A stretch of DNA of 62,669 nt, counting the filler, from Scenedesmus sp. PABB004 (Eukaryota): assembly GCA_014905635.1 (NCBI GenBank). It is 5 parts of 5 records of this genome, joined end to end, with 100 filler letters (N's around TTAATTAATTAA, not from the genome) between each part and the next. Parts side by side here need not be neighbours in the genome. Positions count along the whole stretch, not along the records: positions 14,124 to 27,742 come from JABVCE010000069.1; positions 27,843 to 40,691 come from JABVCE010000070.1; 3 more parts are not named here. One strand, given 5' to 3'. A model generated the notes under the pieces. The model was given only the letters and a program-made list of their open reading frames with translations, had not been told where the DNA came from and did not search any database. The translations under genes and the position numbers were made by a program. Positions 22,868 to 35,104 of this stretch are shown here, piece by piece (positions within the stretch are counted from its first letter, which is position 1; every line of letters begins with the position of its first letter).

Positions 22868-25679
22868 ATGTCGCTGCGCCGGGGCCTCCTCGTCGCCGCG
22901 CGCGCGGCGGCGCGGCGGGTGCGCGCCCACCGATCCCAGCTCGCGTCCAGGTGCGGGCCGCGGGGCGGGCGAGCCCTGAGGGCGCGGGGAGCGGGCGGCG
23001 CGCGTGCGGGTTGCGCCTGCAGCGGCCCTCACCCTCTCTCCCGGCCTCCCCGCAGGGAGCTGCTGGCCGCGCAGCTGGGGCAGGAGCTGTCGCGCGCCTG
23101 GCCGGGCCAGCTGGCCTTCGCGGCGCGCCGGCTGCACGCCCTGGCCGCGGGCGGCCATGCGGCGCCCGCCCACAGCGCCGGCGCGCTGGCGCGCGGCGCG
23201 GCGCGGCGCTGGCAGTCGCTGGCGGCCGCGCAGCAGCCGCACGCGGGCGGCGGCACGGGCGGCGGCGCTGGGCGGCGCTGGAGGCGCGGCTCGTGACGGT
23301 CGTGAACAGCTTGGCGCTCTCGCCGGCGGGCCAGGTGCGCGCGCGGCCGGGCGGCTGGGGGGAGCGAGGGGGCCGCGGCACGGCCGGCGCGCCGGCGGCG
23401 CTGCGGCGCCGCTCCGGCGGGGGCCGGCGTGTGCGCGGCGCGCGCGCGCCGCCCGCCAGCAGCGCGCGGCCGCGGCCCGCTGCTGCAGCTGCTCACGCGC
23501 GCGCGCACCCGCCCCCCTCCCCCCGCAGACGGTGCTGGGCGCGTTCCTGCCGATCACGCTGCTGGCGGCGCTCTTCCCGAGCCGCGTGCGCTGCCGCGCG
23601 TACGAGCTGCCCGCGGGCGCGGCGCGCGGCGAGGCCTACTTTGTGCCCGTCACGGCGCGCCTGCGGCAGCAGCAGGCGGTGCAGGAGCAGCTGCTCTGGG
23701 GCCTGCTGGCCAACTGCCACGGCGCGATCAGCCACGCGCTCGCGCGGCTGGGCGAGGAGCTCGCGGTCGCGCTGCCTCTACCTCGCCGCGCTCTTCGCGC
23801 CCGCGCTGCTCACCGCGCCGCTGGTCTTCCGCTGGGGCGCGGGGCGGGAGGCGTGGCTGGTGCTGCTGCGCTGGACGCTGGGAGGCAGGCGGGCCCCGCG
23901 TTCATCAAGTGGGGCCAGTGGGGCTCGACGCGGCCCGACCTCTTCCCCCCGCGACGTGTGCAAGGCGCTGGAGGCGCTGCAGAGCAACGCGCCCAGCCAG
24001 CCACGCGCGCGCGCGCGCACTCGGTCGCGGCGGGGGGCCGCGTTTGGGCGCGCCGCTCGCGGCGAGCTGTTTGCCGCGTGGGAGGCGGCGCCGATCGCGA
24101 GCGGCAGCATCGCGCAGATCCACCGCGCGCGCCTCTCGCACCAGGCGGCGGCGAGCGCGGGCGTGCCGGCGGGCACGCTCGTCGCGGTCAAGGTCCGCCA
24201 CCCGGGCGTGGGCACGCTCATGGCGCGCGACTTTGTGCTCATGCAGCGCGCGGCGCGCGCGGCGGGGCTGGTGCCCGGCCTCGCGGCGCTGCGGCTGGAC
24301 GAGTCGGTGCGCCAGTTTGGCGGGCCGCTGCAGGAGCAGCTCGACCTCAGCGTCGAGGCGGCGCACCTTGACCGCTTTGCGCGCAACTTCAAGTCCTGGC
24401 GCAACGTCAAGTTCCCCACGCCCATCCACCCGCTCGTGCGCCCCGACGTGCTCGTGGAGAGCTTTGAGCCCGGCGCCGCCATCAACGGCTACGTCGCAGC
24501 GAGCGCTGCGTGCGCGGCCAAGGCGGCCATGGCCGCGCTCGCCGACGGCGGTGGCAGCGCCGCCGCCGCCGCCGCGCTGCCCGCCTGCGGCGGCAGCAGC
24601 GGGCCCGCGCTCGTCGCGGCCGCGGCGGACGCGACGACCACGTGCAGCCTCGCCAGCGTGACGGCGCACGCGCAGCGGCGCGGCGAGAACGAGTCGCTGC
24701 GCGTGCGCGGGGCGATCGCGGAGACGGGCATGCACGCGTACCTCAAGATGCTGCTGGCCGACAACTTCATCCACGCGGGTGCGGCCCGCGCGCCAGCGCG
24801 CCAGCGCCGCGCCGCGCCGCTGCTGCCGCTGCTGCACCGGCGGCGAGCGAGCGCGCGCGGGCGCGCGCGCGGGCGCCCCGCGCCCCGCGCCCGACGCCCC
24901 GCGCCTGCGCCGCGCGCCGCGCCGCAGACATGCACCCCGGCAACATCCTCGTGCGCGAGGTCGACCGGAGCGGCGGCATCGCGGAGCGCTTTGCGCTGCT
25001 GCTGAAGCAGCTGAGCTGGGGCCTGCCGCTGCCGGGGCTGCGCGAGGTCTTCCGCAACGTGGTCATGCCGCCGACGCCGCAGCTGGTGCTGCTGGACACG
25101 GGCATGATTGCGGAGCTCAGCAAAGCGGACCAGACGAGCGTGGTGCAGTTCTTCAGGGTGAGCGCCGCGCCGCGGGCGGGGGGGGGGGGCACGTGCGGGC
25201 GCGCGCTCGCGGCGGCGGCGCGCGCGCGGCGGGGCCCCGCGCGCGCTGGCGCCGGCCCGCGCCGACCCGGCCTGACCCGACGCGCCGCGGCGCCCGCAGG
25301 CGCTGACGAAGCAGGACGGCGGCGGCATCGCGCGGTCGATCCTGGCGATGAGCGAGATGCACACCTGCCCCGACCCGAGCGCTTTGTGTCGTGCCTGGCG
25401 GCCATGTTTGAGGGGCTCGACCCCGAGGTCATCCGCACGCGCACGAGCGAGGTGCTGCAGGACATGATCGAGCAGCTCCGCCAGCACCAGGTCACGCTCA
25501 AGGCGACCGTGAGCACCGTGGTCGTGACCACGCTCGTGCTCGAGGGCTGGAGCCGCGAGCTCAACCCCGACCTGCACATCATGGACACGCTGCGCGACAT
25601 GCTCGCCGTCGACTGGAAGGAGCGCCTCGGCCGCGCCGTGGACAAGGTCATGGCCAGCGGCAGCCTCGCGGTCGTGTGA
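22868..25679 (+). CDS. ABC1/UbiB family atypical kinase (ADCK2-like), apparent frameshifts
   Basis: AGPAFIKWGQW, PIASGSIAQIH, VAVKVRHPGV, DNFIHA/DMHPGNIL, LVLLDTGM and LVLEGWSRELNP. Confidence 0.92.
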
Positions 25680-26124
25680 CGCGGCGGGCGGGGCTGGGAG
25701 GGGGGCTGAGCTGGGCGCGCGTGTGCGTTGAGCAGCAGCATTGTGTTGTGTGTGCTTCGATTTCGATTGATTGCAGCGGTGCAGCAACGACGAAAGCGTC
25801 GGGGCGACTCACTGCGCGGCGAGCGGCGTGGTTTGGTGGTGGTGGTGCGTTGGCGGCGGCGGGCGGCAACAGCGTGCGGCGCGGCCTGGCGGCTGCGAGC
25901 GGCAGGCAGCGAGCGGCGCGCGCGGTCAGAGGCAGCGCAGCGCATCCGGGTGACCCTGGCGCGGCCAGGGCGCGCGCTCCGTCGGGGCAAACGCGCGTCT
26001 CGGAGACCGCGTCAGCAGGTTCCGACACGCGTTTCGGCAAATGCGCCCGCGCGCGCAGCCGGAGCATTCCGCGCGCGTTCCGTCGACGCCCAACACCCTC
26101 TGTCTCCTTCTAGCTTGACCCGCC

Positions 26125-27191
26125 ATGGCGGAGGTCGAGGCGCCCGCGCGCGAGCCTGCGACAGTGGACAGCATCCCTGCACGCAGCAAGCTTCCCGACG
26201 GCTCCCACGTGCTGGCAGAGGCGCACGCATTCGTGGTGCGACTCGTCAGCCACCAGCGGCGAGCCGCCGCAGGGCCTGCCTGCGCCGCGGCGGCCTGGGC
26301 GGAGCGGGGACTCCCACAGGCAGCCGCCGCAGGCCTGGGATGCTCAAGACGCACAGGACGCGTGCCGCCGCAGGGGGCATGCGCCCGTCAGGCGCTGCAG
26401 TGGCTGCTGGCCGGCAGCCAGCCCGCCCTGGCACACCACCACCATCGCCCCGCCGCCCGCGCGCGCGCCGCAGGTGCTCGAGCGCGGCGCCACGCGGCAC
26501 TGCGGCAGCGCGGTGAACGAGCGCCTCGTCCAGCTGCTCCGCCTCCCCACCGGCGGCAGCGGCCGGGTGCCGCAGTTCCAGCTCGTCGTGCACCCGCGCG
26601 AGGCCGACGGCGCGGGCGGGCGGCGAGGCGCTGCGCGTGCCGCTCGACGGCTCGTGCCGCATCAGCCCCGCGCTGCGCAAGCTGCGCGCTGAAAGCCATT
26701 TTGTCAAGAAGGACGGCGAGAGCCTGCTGCGCGCCATCAACACGCAGGACGGCGACGACATCAAGCTGGTGCGCCCCGGCGGCCGGGCGGCGGCGGCGGG
26801 CGCCGCGCGCGCTGGTGGGGCTCCCTGCCGCAGCCGCGGCAGCGGCCGCAGCAGCGCGGTGCGGGGCCGCGCAGCCGCGGCCGCGCGGCCGGCCTGCAGC
26901 GGCCCGCAGCCCCGCCACCGCCCTGCCTGGCGGCCGCAGTACGTGTTTGACGTCAACCACCCCTCGGGCGTTGTGTTTCTTCGACTTCCTGCGCGTGAAG
27001 CAGAAGTGCGTGGGCCTGGGGTTCAGGAACGTGAAGGAGGCGCTCGGCTGGTACGTCTACGTCGCCGCCGTGTGCGGCCTCATGTCGCCGGGCGACCCCG
27101 ACTTCAGCCGCGCGATCGGCGGCCAGGGCCTCGCCGACCACGCCGCCGCGCCGCGCGCGCGCTGATGCTGGACATGGACGACCAGGCCTGA
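26125..27191 (+). CDS. Hypothetical protein, multi-exon
   Basis: Coding-like exons bounded by GT/AG: VLERGATRHCGSAVNERLVQLL, ISPALRKLRAESHFVKKDGESLLRAINTQDGDDIKL and YVFDVNHPSGVVFFDFLRVKQKCVGLGFRNVKEALGWY. No family recognised. Confidence 0.6.
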
Positions 27192-27742
27192 GCGAGCAGT
27201 GCTGCTGGGGGGGGGGGTGCTGCACTCGGCCGCGTCTTCAACGTCGCGCCGCGGGGGCGTCTGGTGGGGGCACCCTGACCGGTCAAGCGTTCTCATTTCA
27301 TGCCTGCTGTCGGCGCGTGCTGGCGTGGCCGGTCGCGCGCGGTCGCTGATGGCAGGGCCGCCGTGGCGAGAGAGGGTAACCTTGGACTGCCGGTCACACA
27401 CCAGCGGCGCACGCCACCTGCAGGCACCGGCCGCCACGCTGCCGCCGCCGCCCTCACGTGGGTCGCCGTCCGCCGCCGCCGCCGGCCGCTGGCCGGGCTG
27501 GCCCAAGCTGCTGCTTGAGCTCGGTCTTGACAGGATCTTCTTGCGCGCGCTGCTGCCGCCGAGCGCGGCCATCTGCAGCACCGTGCGACCATCTGGTGCG
27601 CGTGTGCCGCCGCCGGGGGCGGGCGGCAGCGCCGCCAGCCGGCGCGCCCGCGCTGCTGGCCGCCGCTGCGGCCGGCGCTGCATCGTGCTGGTGGCGCGGG
27701 AGGCGGCGGCTTTGGCGGCAGCAGGTCGGGGTCATCGGTGGG

Positions 27743-27842
27743 NNNNNNNNNNNNNNNNNNNNNNNNNNNNNNNNNNNNNNNNNNNNTTAATTAATTAANN
27801 NNNNNNNNNNNNNNNNNNNNNNNNNNNNNNNNNNNNNNNNNN
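27743..27842. other. Artificial contig linker
   Basis: 44N-TTAATTAATTAA-44N. Confidence 0.99.
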
Positions 27843-28083
27843 AAACCCTAAACCCTAAACCCTAAACCCTAAACCCTAAACCCTAAACCCTAAACCCTAA
27901 ACCCTAAACCCTAAACCCTAAACCCTAAACCCTAAACCCTAAACCCTAAACCCAAACCCTAAACCCTAAACCCTAAACCCTAAACCCTAAACCCTAAACC
28001 CTAAACCCTAAACCCTAAACCCTAAAACCTAAACCTAAAACCTAAAACCAAAAACCTAAACCCAACCTAAAACCTAAAACCTA
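27843..28083 (+). repeat. Telomere (CCCTAAA)n, left chromosome end
   Basis: Tandem CCCTAAA grading into CCTAAAA variants proximally. Confidence 0.97.
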
Positions 28084-28246
28084 GGGCGTCGACGAAAGCA
28101 ACCGGGCTGCCTGCCGCCTCGCCGCCCAGGCGTGTCCTCGCGCGGCGCGGCGCTTAAGGTCAAGGTCAATTACCTCGGTCTCACTGACCGGGAGGCTGTG
28201 GTGCAGGAGCGCCCGAGCTGCGGCGTCCCCGGAGCGCAGCTTTGAG

Positions 28247-29560
28247 TCACGAGCACCGGGTTACCCGCTTTCCCGGGGCGGCAGTATCAGCACCGGCATC
28301 AACCGGCTGCCCGGCGGCCGCACCTCGAGCACCATCAGCAACTGCTCCGCGCCGCCCGCCGCCGCGCCGCCGCCCCCGCCCCCGCCGCCCGCCGCGCCGC
28401 CGCGACGGCCTCGGGGGCCAGCGCGCGGCCGCGGGCGGCCCGTGCGTCGCGCGCGGCGGCGCCGCCGCCGCGCCACGCCTGTGACGTGACGGGCGCGCCG
28501 CCGCCGTTGCCGCTGCCGTGCGGCTGGTGGCCGCGAGCGCCTGCTGCTGCCAGCCGTGCACGGGGCTGGCGTGGCGGCGCGGCCCTTGACCGCCGTCAGA
28601 CGGCGCGGATGTCGATGGCGCGGACGGCTGCGGCGCCGCGGCGCAGACGCCGTACACGGCGAGCACGGCCTCGCCGCCGCCGCCGCCGCCGGCGGCGCTG
28701 CCGTGCGGCGCGCGCGCCTCCTCGCGCAGCACGAGGCCGCGCACGTGCGGGGCGATGACGAGGTAGCCGCCGCCGCGGCGCACCACCCAGCCTTGCTCGC
28801 GCAGCGCCGCGGGAGACTCCAGCGACAACATCGCGCCCGCGAGGCTGATGCTGCTCGTCAGCAGCGCGGCGACCGGCAGGTCCGGCACGTTCGCCTGCAG
28901 CGCGGCCAGGTGCGCCGCGAGCGCCGCGCCGTCGCGCGCCGCCAGCTCGCGCGGCGCCTCGAGGAAGAGGCCGCCAAACTCGTGCGGCGTGCCGCCCGCG
29001 GCCAGCCACGCGTCGACCAGCCCGCGCAGGTGCGCGCCCAGGCTGGCCGGCGTGTGGGCGGCGAGCAACGCGCTCACCGCGGCGGGGCCGCACCACACGG
29101 CGCTGCCCCGCAGCGCGCGCTCCAGAGTCCACACGCTCGCCGCCACCTGCCGTGGGTCCTGGAGCAGCAGGGACGGCTCCCGGACGAGGCACTCCTGCAG
29201 CAGCTCGGTGTAGTGGGCGAGGCTCTCGACGTCGACCGACGGCAGCGCAGCCGCGACGGCGCTGGTCCACGCGCCCGGCGGCGTCTGCGGCGCGGCAGGC
29301 AGCCCCCGCCGGCGGCGGCAGCCAGGCGCGTGAGCGAGCGCGCCTGGGCAGGCGCCGTGCTTGACAGGCGGCAGCCAGGCGGCAAGCACAGCCCGGCGGC
29401 CGCGGCGCCGCGCCGCACCCACGAGCCGCCCCCGTCCGCCGCTGCTGCCGCGCCGCTGCCGGCGCTGTCGGCGCCAAGCGCCCGCGGACGTGGCGCCTGG
29501 AGTCGCCGTGCTCCAGATGTCCCCGCCGCTGCGCGGCAGCAGCGGGCGGCGCGCCGCCAT
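28247..29560 (-). CDS. Hypothetical helical protein (weak mTERF-like resemblance), boundaries uncertain
   Basis: Long coding-like frame VDVESLAHYTELLQECLVREPSLLLQDPRQVAASVWTLERAL...FLEAPRELAARD...GGYLVIAPHV. Confidence 0.5.
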   Translation of the reverse strand: MAARRPLLPRSGGDIWSTATPGATSAGAWRRQRRQRRGSSGGRGRLVGAARRRGRRAVLAAWLPPVKHGACPGALAHAPGCRRRRGLPAAPQTPPGAWTSAVAAALPSVDVESLAHYTELLQECLVREPSLLLQDPRQVAASVWTLERALRGSAVWCGPAAVSALLAAHTPASLGAHLRGLVDAWLAAGGTPHEFGGLFLEAPRELAARDGAALAAHLAALQANVPDLPVAALLTSSISLAGAMLSLESPAALREQGWVVRRGGGYLVIAPHVRGLVLREEARAPHGSAAGGGGGGEAVLAVYGVCAAAPQPSAPSTSAPSDGGQGPRRHASPVHGWQQQALAATSRTAAATAAARPSRHRRGAAAAPPRATHGPPAAARWPPRPSRRRGGRRGRGRRRGGGRRGAVADGARGAAAGQPVDAGADTAAPGKRVTRCS

Positions 29561-30057
29561 CGCAGCGCCGCTGCTGCTCCGCGATCGCTGCGCGCCCCGC
29601 GCGCGTGTGCTGATGTTTGCGTGCAAAGAGGTCGCGTGTGTGGGAACGCAGCTGCGGGCTCGGTCGGCCCGACGCAGCAGCACGCGTTCGGCGGCGTTTG
29701 CGCGTGGGCGGCGGCGGCGTGGGCCGGCGAGCGAGCGACGGTGAGCGCGCGCTTGCAGTGGGCAGCACCGGCGGCGCCAGTTGCACAGCCCGCGCCGCCG
29801 CGCTGCACCGCGACACAAAGCCCGAGCGCGCCCCGCACGCCCGCCGCCGTCGGCGGCCCGCCGCGGCGCGCAGTGCAGTGCGTGGATGCGCATGAAAGCC
29901 CACTGCCGGCGACGACGACGACCAACAACAACAAGAGAGGCACCCCCAGCCGACCGTGCGGTGCGCCCGGGCCGGGGGCGGCGCGCCCGTGGGTGCGCGC
30001 TGGCGCGGCCGCCAGGCGCTGCAGGGCGCGCCGCCGCCCGCGCGGCGCGGAAGGGCG

Positions 30058-32716
30058 CTAGCCGTAGAGCCCGTGTCGCGCGAGGCCCTCCAGGACGCCC
30101 GCTGCCTCGGGCTTGTCTGTGAGCACGATGCGGCCGCGGTCGTTCTGCTCGTGGTACCACCGCACCAGCTCCTCCTGCGCGTTGCCTGCGCCGCACGCAG
30201 CAGCGGGGCAGCGGCGGTCGCGGCGCGGCGCGCGCGCTGCTGCTGGCGCGGCGTCTGTGCGCGGTGCGCCGCGTGTCACGCACCCACGATGATGGCGGGC
30301 ATCTTGCCGTCGAGCATGAGGATGTCGTTGCACGAGTCGCCCGCCGTCGCGACGCGGCCCACGGGCACGCCGTACAGCTGGCGCACCCACTCCAGCGCCT
30401 CCAGCTTGCCCGCGAGGCGGTGCACCACGTCCACGTAGCGCCAGTCGCCAGCGCCCGACGTTATGATGCGCGCCTGCGCGGCGCGGCGCGGAGCGCGACG
30501 CGGGGGCGAGGGGGCGCGCAGCGCGCGGCGTCGGCCCGCGGCGTCGGCGGCGCGGCGGCGCTCGGCGTGCGCCGTCTGCCCCGCCCTCCCAACAGGGGCG
30601 GGTTCAGTTCCGGACCTGGAGGTCGCGCTTGTCAATGCCCGCCTGCAGGCGGTCCATGAGGTCGTCCAGCACCGCGGTGTGCACCTGCAGCGCGACGCGG
30701 TGCGGGTGCTCCTGGCCCTTGTCCAGCCACTTGACGCGCTCCCCGGCGTCGCGGTTGAACGACTTGAGCATCTCGCCAGCAGCAGACAGCGCCTGCGCGG
30801 GCCGCACCGGGCCGCGCCGGCGCGTGGGTGGCGGCGGCGCCGCGGCCGCGCGCCGCCCGCTGCGCCCCGCCGGCTGCGCGCGCACGCGCGTGCGTGCGCG
30901 CCTGCTGCAGGTCCCAGCCCTCGTCGAGGCGGCGCGACCAGTTGGTGTCCTCGATCCACTCCACCTCGGTGGGGTCCTGGAACGCGCGCATGCCGTCCGG
31001 CAGGTACCAGATCTGCGTGGCGGCGCCGGCGGTAGCGTGGGCAGGCGCGCGCGCAGGCCCCGCGCGCGCGGCGCAGCAGCGGCGGCGAGGCGCGCCGCCC
31101 GGCGGCGCCGCGGGCGCGCCTTGGTGCCGACCGCGGTGATGAGCACGTCTGGCACCGCGAGCATGGGCTTCTCCTTGAGCAGCCAGATGAGCTGGCCCTT
31201 GCTGCGGCCGGTGTTGTAGACGAGCACGCTGCGCGCGAGCGCGGCGCTGCTCTCCCAGTACTCCTGAAACTCCTTGGTGCGCGCGTCCATCCAGAACTGC
31301 GTGCCCTTGTCGCCGCTCTCGTTCACCATCGTGCCGTCGATGTCAGACACCTGCGCGCACGAGCGCGCACAGTCCACCATCGCGGCGGGGCCGCCGCCGC
31401 GGCTGCGCGCGCTGCCGCAGCGCCGCGTCGCGGCGCGCACGCGTGTGGTGCGTGCGCTCGCGCACCAGCATGATGGGCGGCGCGGTGACGGTGTTGAACT
31501 TTGTGACCGCGCCGTCCTGCAGCTTCCAGCCGCCCGGCCAGCGCAGCGTGTAGCAGGGCGAGGGCGAGGACTTGCCCGGCATGTCCACCTTGCACACGCC
31601 CTTGAGCTCGGCCGGGCTGCCCTCGGCGCGCCAGCGGCGCAAACCAGCGCGCGGCCGCCGCCGCGGCGGCGCGCCGCCGCGGCGTCCTCGCCGCTGGCGC
31701 TGCCGTTGCGCGTGCCGTTGCCGCCGCGCTGCTTGCTGCGCTTGCCGCCGCCGCCGCCGGGCGCGTCGTCGTCGCTGCCGTCGCCGCGCTGGGGCCCCTG
31801 CATGAAGAAGGTCAGGCTGTAGCGGTCGCGGTCGGCCGCGTCGACGCCCGGCGGCAGCGCGATGATGGCCTGCTTCCACCGGCTGCCCTCGCCGCACGGC
31901 TCCGCGCGGCTGGGGCTGTCGTCCATTTGCCAGCACCTGCCAGGCCGGGTCCACGGGCTGCCGCGCGGCGCGGCGCGGCGCGGCGCAGGCGGGCGGGCGG
32001 GCGGGCGGGCGGGCGTGGGCGGGTGTGGGGGGGCGCGCCGGCCGGCAGCGCTGGCGGCGGCTGCACCGCCGGCCGCGGCGTCGCGCGCAGGCACGGCGCA
32101 CGTGTCCGTCCTTGAGCATCTTGTAGGTCACGTTGCAGTGCCGCCAGCCGGTGGCGTAGAAGAGGTAGAACGCTGGCGGCACGCCCACGGCCACCTTGTT
32201 GACCGTGACCAGCTGCCCCGCCCGGTTGGCGATGTCGTGCCGCTCGTACGCGTCGCTCACCGCCATGACCGGGTGCGGCGACGCGCCCGCGCCGCCGACC
32301 ATGAAACGGAAGTGTAGTCACCGGGCTGCGCGCGGGGCCGCGGCGGCGGCGGCGCGCACGCGCGCGATGGCCCGCGCCGCCGCTGCTGCCGCGCACGCGC
32401 GGCGCCGAGCCGCTGGCCGCGAGCGCGCGCGCGCCGCGCGCACCGCAGGCTGAGCTCGGTGAACCAGGTGTGCGAGCCTTCCTTCTGCATCGGCGTCGCG
32501 ACGCGCAGTTGCAGCTCGGCGTCAGTGCGTGGCCCCATGCGTCGCGACGCGCACGCTCAGCTCGCTGCACACTCGGCTCCGACGCGCGGTGCCGGGCTTG
32601 AAGCTGAACTCGATGTGGCAGTTCTTCACGCACAGGCGCTTGTTGTTGATGTTGCCCTGCGCGCGCCCCGGCCGGCCCGCAGCGGCCCGACGTCGGCGCC
32701 GCCGCCGCGCCGCGGC

Positions 32717-32766
<50 letters not shown>

Positions 32767-33482
32767 CGGGCGCGGGCGCCGCGCCTCGGGGTCCATGACC
32801 AGCGGGTCGCCCCGGCGCGGCCTTCCAGTCGCCGTCGACGTTGTACTTGTACTCGTGCTGCCCGACCTTCATCTTGTAGAGGGCGACCCAGTCGCGCGCG
32901 GGTACGAGCCGTTGGGCCCGCAGTGCCGCAGCCGCGTGTGCTTCTCGCGCCACTCACACCAGCTGCCTGCCGCGCGCGCGCGGCGGCGCGGCGTGAGGCA
33001 CGGCGGTGGCGGCGCCTGCGCACGCCTGCGGCACAGCGGCAGCGGCGGCCGCAGCAGCGGCGGCGGGTCTGCAGCAACCGCCCGCACCCGACAAGTACAC
33101 GTCGGCGCCGCCGAGCTGGCCCGGCCAGCGAAACGGCACCCAGCATTCGTCCAGGTCGAGGCGGTCCGGCACCAGCAGCGGCGCGGGGGCGCCGGCGTCG
33201 CCCCAGTCGGGCGGGCGACGGCGTCGGCGGGAAGCGCGTGCTGCTGCTGGTGCCAGCGGCGCTGCTGCGCGGCGGCGGCGGGCCCGGTGGCGCCGCGGCG
33301 CAGGCCACCGCCCGCCGCCAGCGCCTGGGCGGGGCGGGCCCGGCGGTCACGCCCGCCGCCGGGCGGGCTGTGCGGCCCGCCCGAGCGGGCAGCATCGGCG
33401 CGAGCAGCAGCGGCCCTGGAACAGCATGTGCCGGGAAAGGCCGCGCGGGCGTGCCCAGCGCGCGATCGCCGCGCAGCTGCAT
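30058..33482 (-). CDS. Sucrose-phosphate-phosphatase-like HAD-IIB hydrolase with N-terminal carbohydrate-binding modules (paralog A)
   Basis: CBM48-like VPFRWP...VYLSG/SWCEW...HEYKYNVDGDW...GNINN, then FYLFYATGW. HAD motifs VSDIDGT, YNTGRS, PDVLITAVGT, AGKLEAL and AGDSCNDILML. Confidence 0.88.
32717..32763 (+). repeat. (GCT)n microsatellite in an intron
   Basis: Perfect GCT run. Confidence 0.9.
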
Positions 33483-33841
33483 CTCGTCCGCGAGCGGCGG
33501 GCCGCGCAGGCCTGCGGAGCTGTGACATCGACGTTTTTTGGGCGGTTGAGCGCCCGGGGTCTCGCTGTGCGCCGCAGGGTCGCCGCGCGGGGTGCCCCAG
33601 TCCTCCGCGCCTCCGCCACGACACGCCCGCGCACCAGCCAGCCGGCAGCGTGACAGCGAGAGGCCCCCGCACCACCACCGCGGCGGCAGCGGTCGCGCCT
33701 GCCGCCAGCTGCTCCCCTGTTCACCGGGCGCCCCAAACCTGCCCGCCAGCTCACCCTCACGGAGGCCTGAGCCGCACACACCCGATCACGCGGCCCAACA
33801 GACTCTGAGCGCCCCGTTGCGGCGGCGGCGGCGGTCACAGG

Positions 33842-35104
33842 ATGCGGCGCCGCGGCGCTGCCGGCGTGCCCTGCCTGTGGCTGCTGGCGCTCCTGGCCGG
33901 CGCGGCGGGTGCGTGGCCGCTGCAGAAGCAGCCTGACGCCTGCGCTGGCCGCCGACGCCGCACGCGCGCCTCGCGCGCTTACGACTGCGGCCGCCCGCCG
34001 CAGGCCAGCAGCTGCCGCGCGCCGTCTCGCCCGCGCCGGGCGGCGGGGCGGCAGCGGCGGCAACACCAGCAGCGCCGCCGCCGCGGCGGGCGCCGCGTGC
34101 GCGGCGGCGCCGGGCGGCGGGCCGTGGGGCCTGGCCGCGATCGGCGAGCCCACGAGCGGCCTGCCGGCGTCCGCGCCGCGCGTGCTGGTGTGCCTGATCA
34201 GCAGCGGCGTCGCCGCGCGCAGCCCCTACCTGGTGCACAACGCCTGGAGCGGCTGCGCGGCCGAGGACCGCTCGACCCCGGCGGCTGCGCGCTGCCCTGG
34301 GGCTCGCCCGCCGACGGCGCGGGCAACTGGAAGCCGCGCGGCACCTACGCCGCGTCCATCATCGCGGCGCGGCCGGGCCTGGACCCGCGCGTCGGGGCGT
34401 CATCCCCGGCGGCGCGTCGCTGCACGTCGTGCCCGTCAACCCCGACAGCGGCTCGATCGAGCCGGGCGCGTCCGCCCCGGGCGGGCGCAGCCGGCTGCGC
34501 GCCTACTCGGTGTGCGAGGGCCGGCTGCGGGGCCTGCAGGCGCAGGACTACGGCGCGCCCGGCGGCGCGCCGCGCTGGCGCATGGTGGTGCTGGCCGACC
34601 TGACCAGCGCGGGGCCGGCGGAGCCCATCGGCAGCGGCGCGATGCGCGTGGGCGAGGCGGAGTGGCTCGCCGCGGCGACAGGCGTGACCGCCGAGGGCCG
34701 CGCGCCCGACGTGCTGCTGGTCGCCCCCGCGGGCGAGGGCGCCGCGGTGGCCTTCCCCGCGGCCTTCCCCCAGGCGCTAGCGGTGGGCGCGCTCACGTGC
34801 GCGGCGGGCCCGCGCGCAGCTACAGCGGCGGCGCCAAGCTGGGGCCCGACCTGCTCGCGCCGGGCAGGGCGTGCTGGTGCCCGACGTGCGCAAGGAGGGC
34901 ACCGCCGGCCTGCGCGTGTGGGAGGGCAGCGCCGCGGCGGCCGCGTTTGCAGCGGGCGGCGCGGCGCGACTGTGGGCAGCGTTCCCGGGTGCAGCGTGGA
35001 CGCCGTGCGGCGCGCGCTGCTGAGCTCGCGGCCGGCGGGCGGCGGCGCGCGCGCGGCTCAACCTGGGCGCGGCTCGCGCGTACCTCGCGGCCAGCAAGTG
35101 CTGA
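33842..35104 (+). CDS. Secreted subtilisin-like (S8) protein with substituted catalytic residues, several frameshifts
   Basis: Signal peptide (CLWLLALLAGAAGA), then PWGLAAIG, VLVCLISSG, RGTYAASII, LLVAPAGE, FPAAFPQALAVGA, PDLLAPGQGV, WEGSAAAAAFAAGGAARLWAAFP and RLNLGAARAYL, in subtilase motif order. Confidence 0.72.

Noticed and set aside
27192..27742. Possible 3' end of a minus-strand gene at the end of contig 2
   Set aside because: Only a low-complexity frame with no recognisable motif, so not enough support to annotate.
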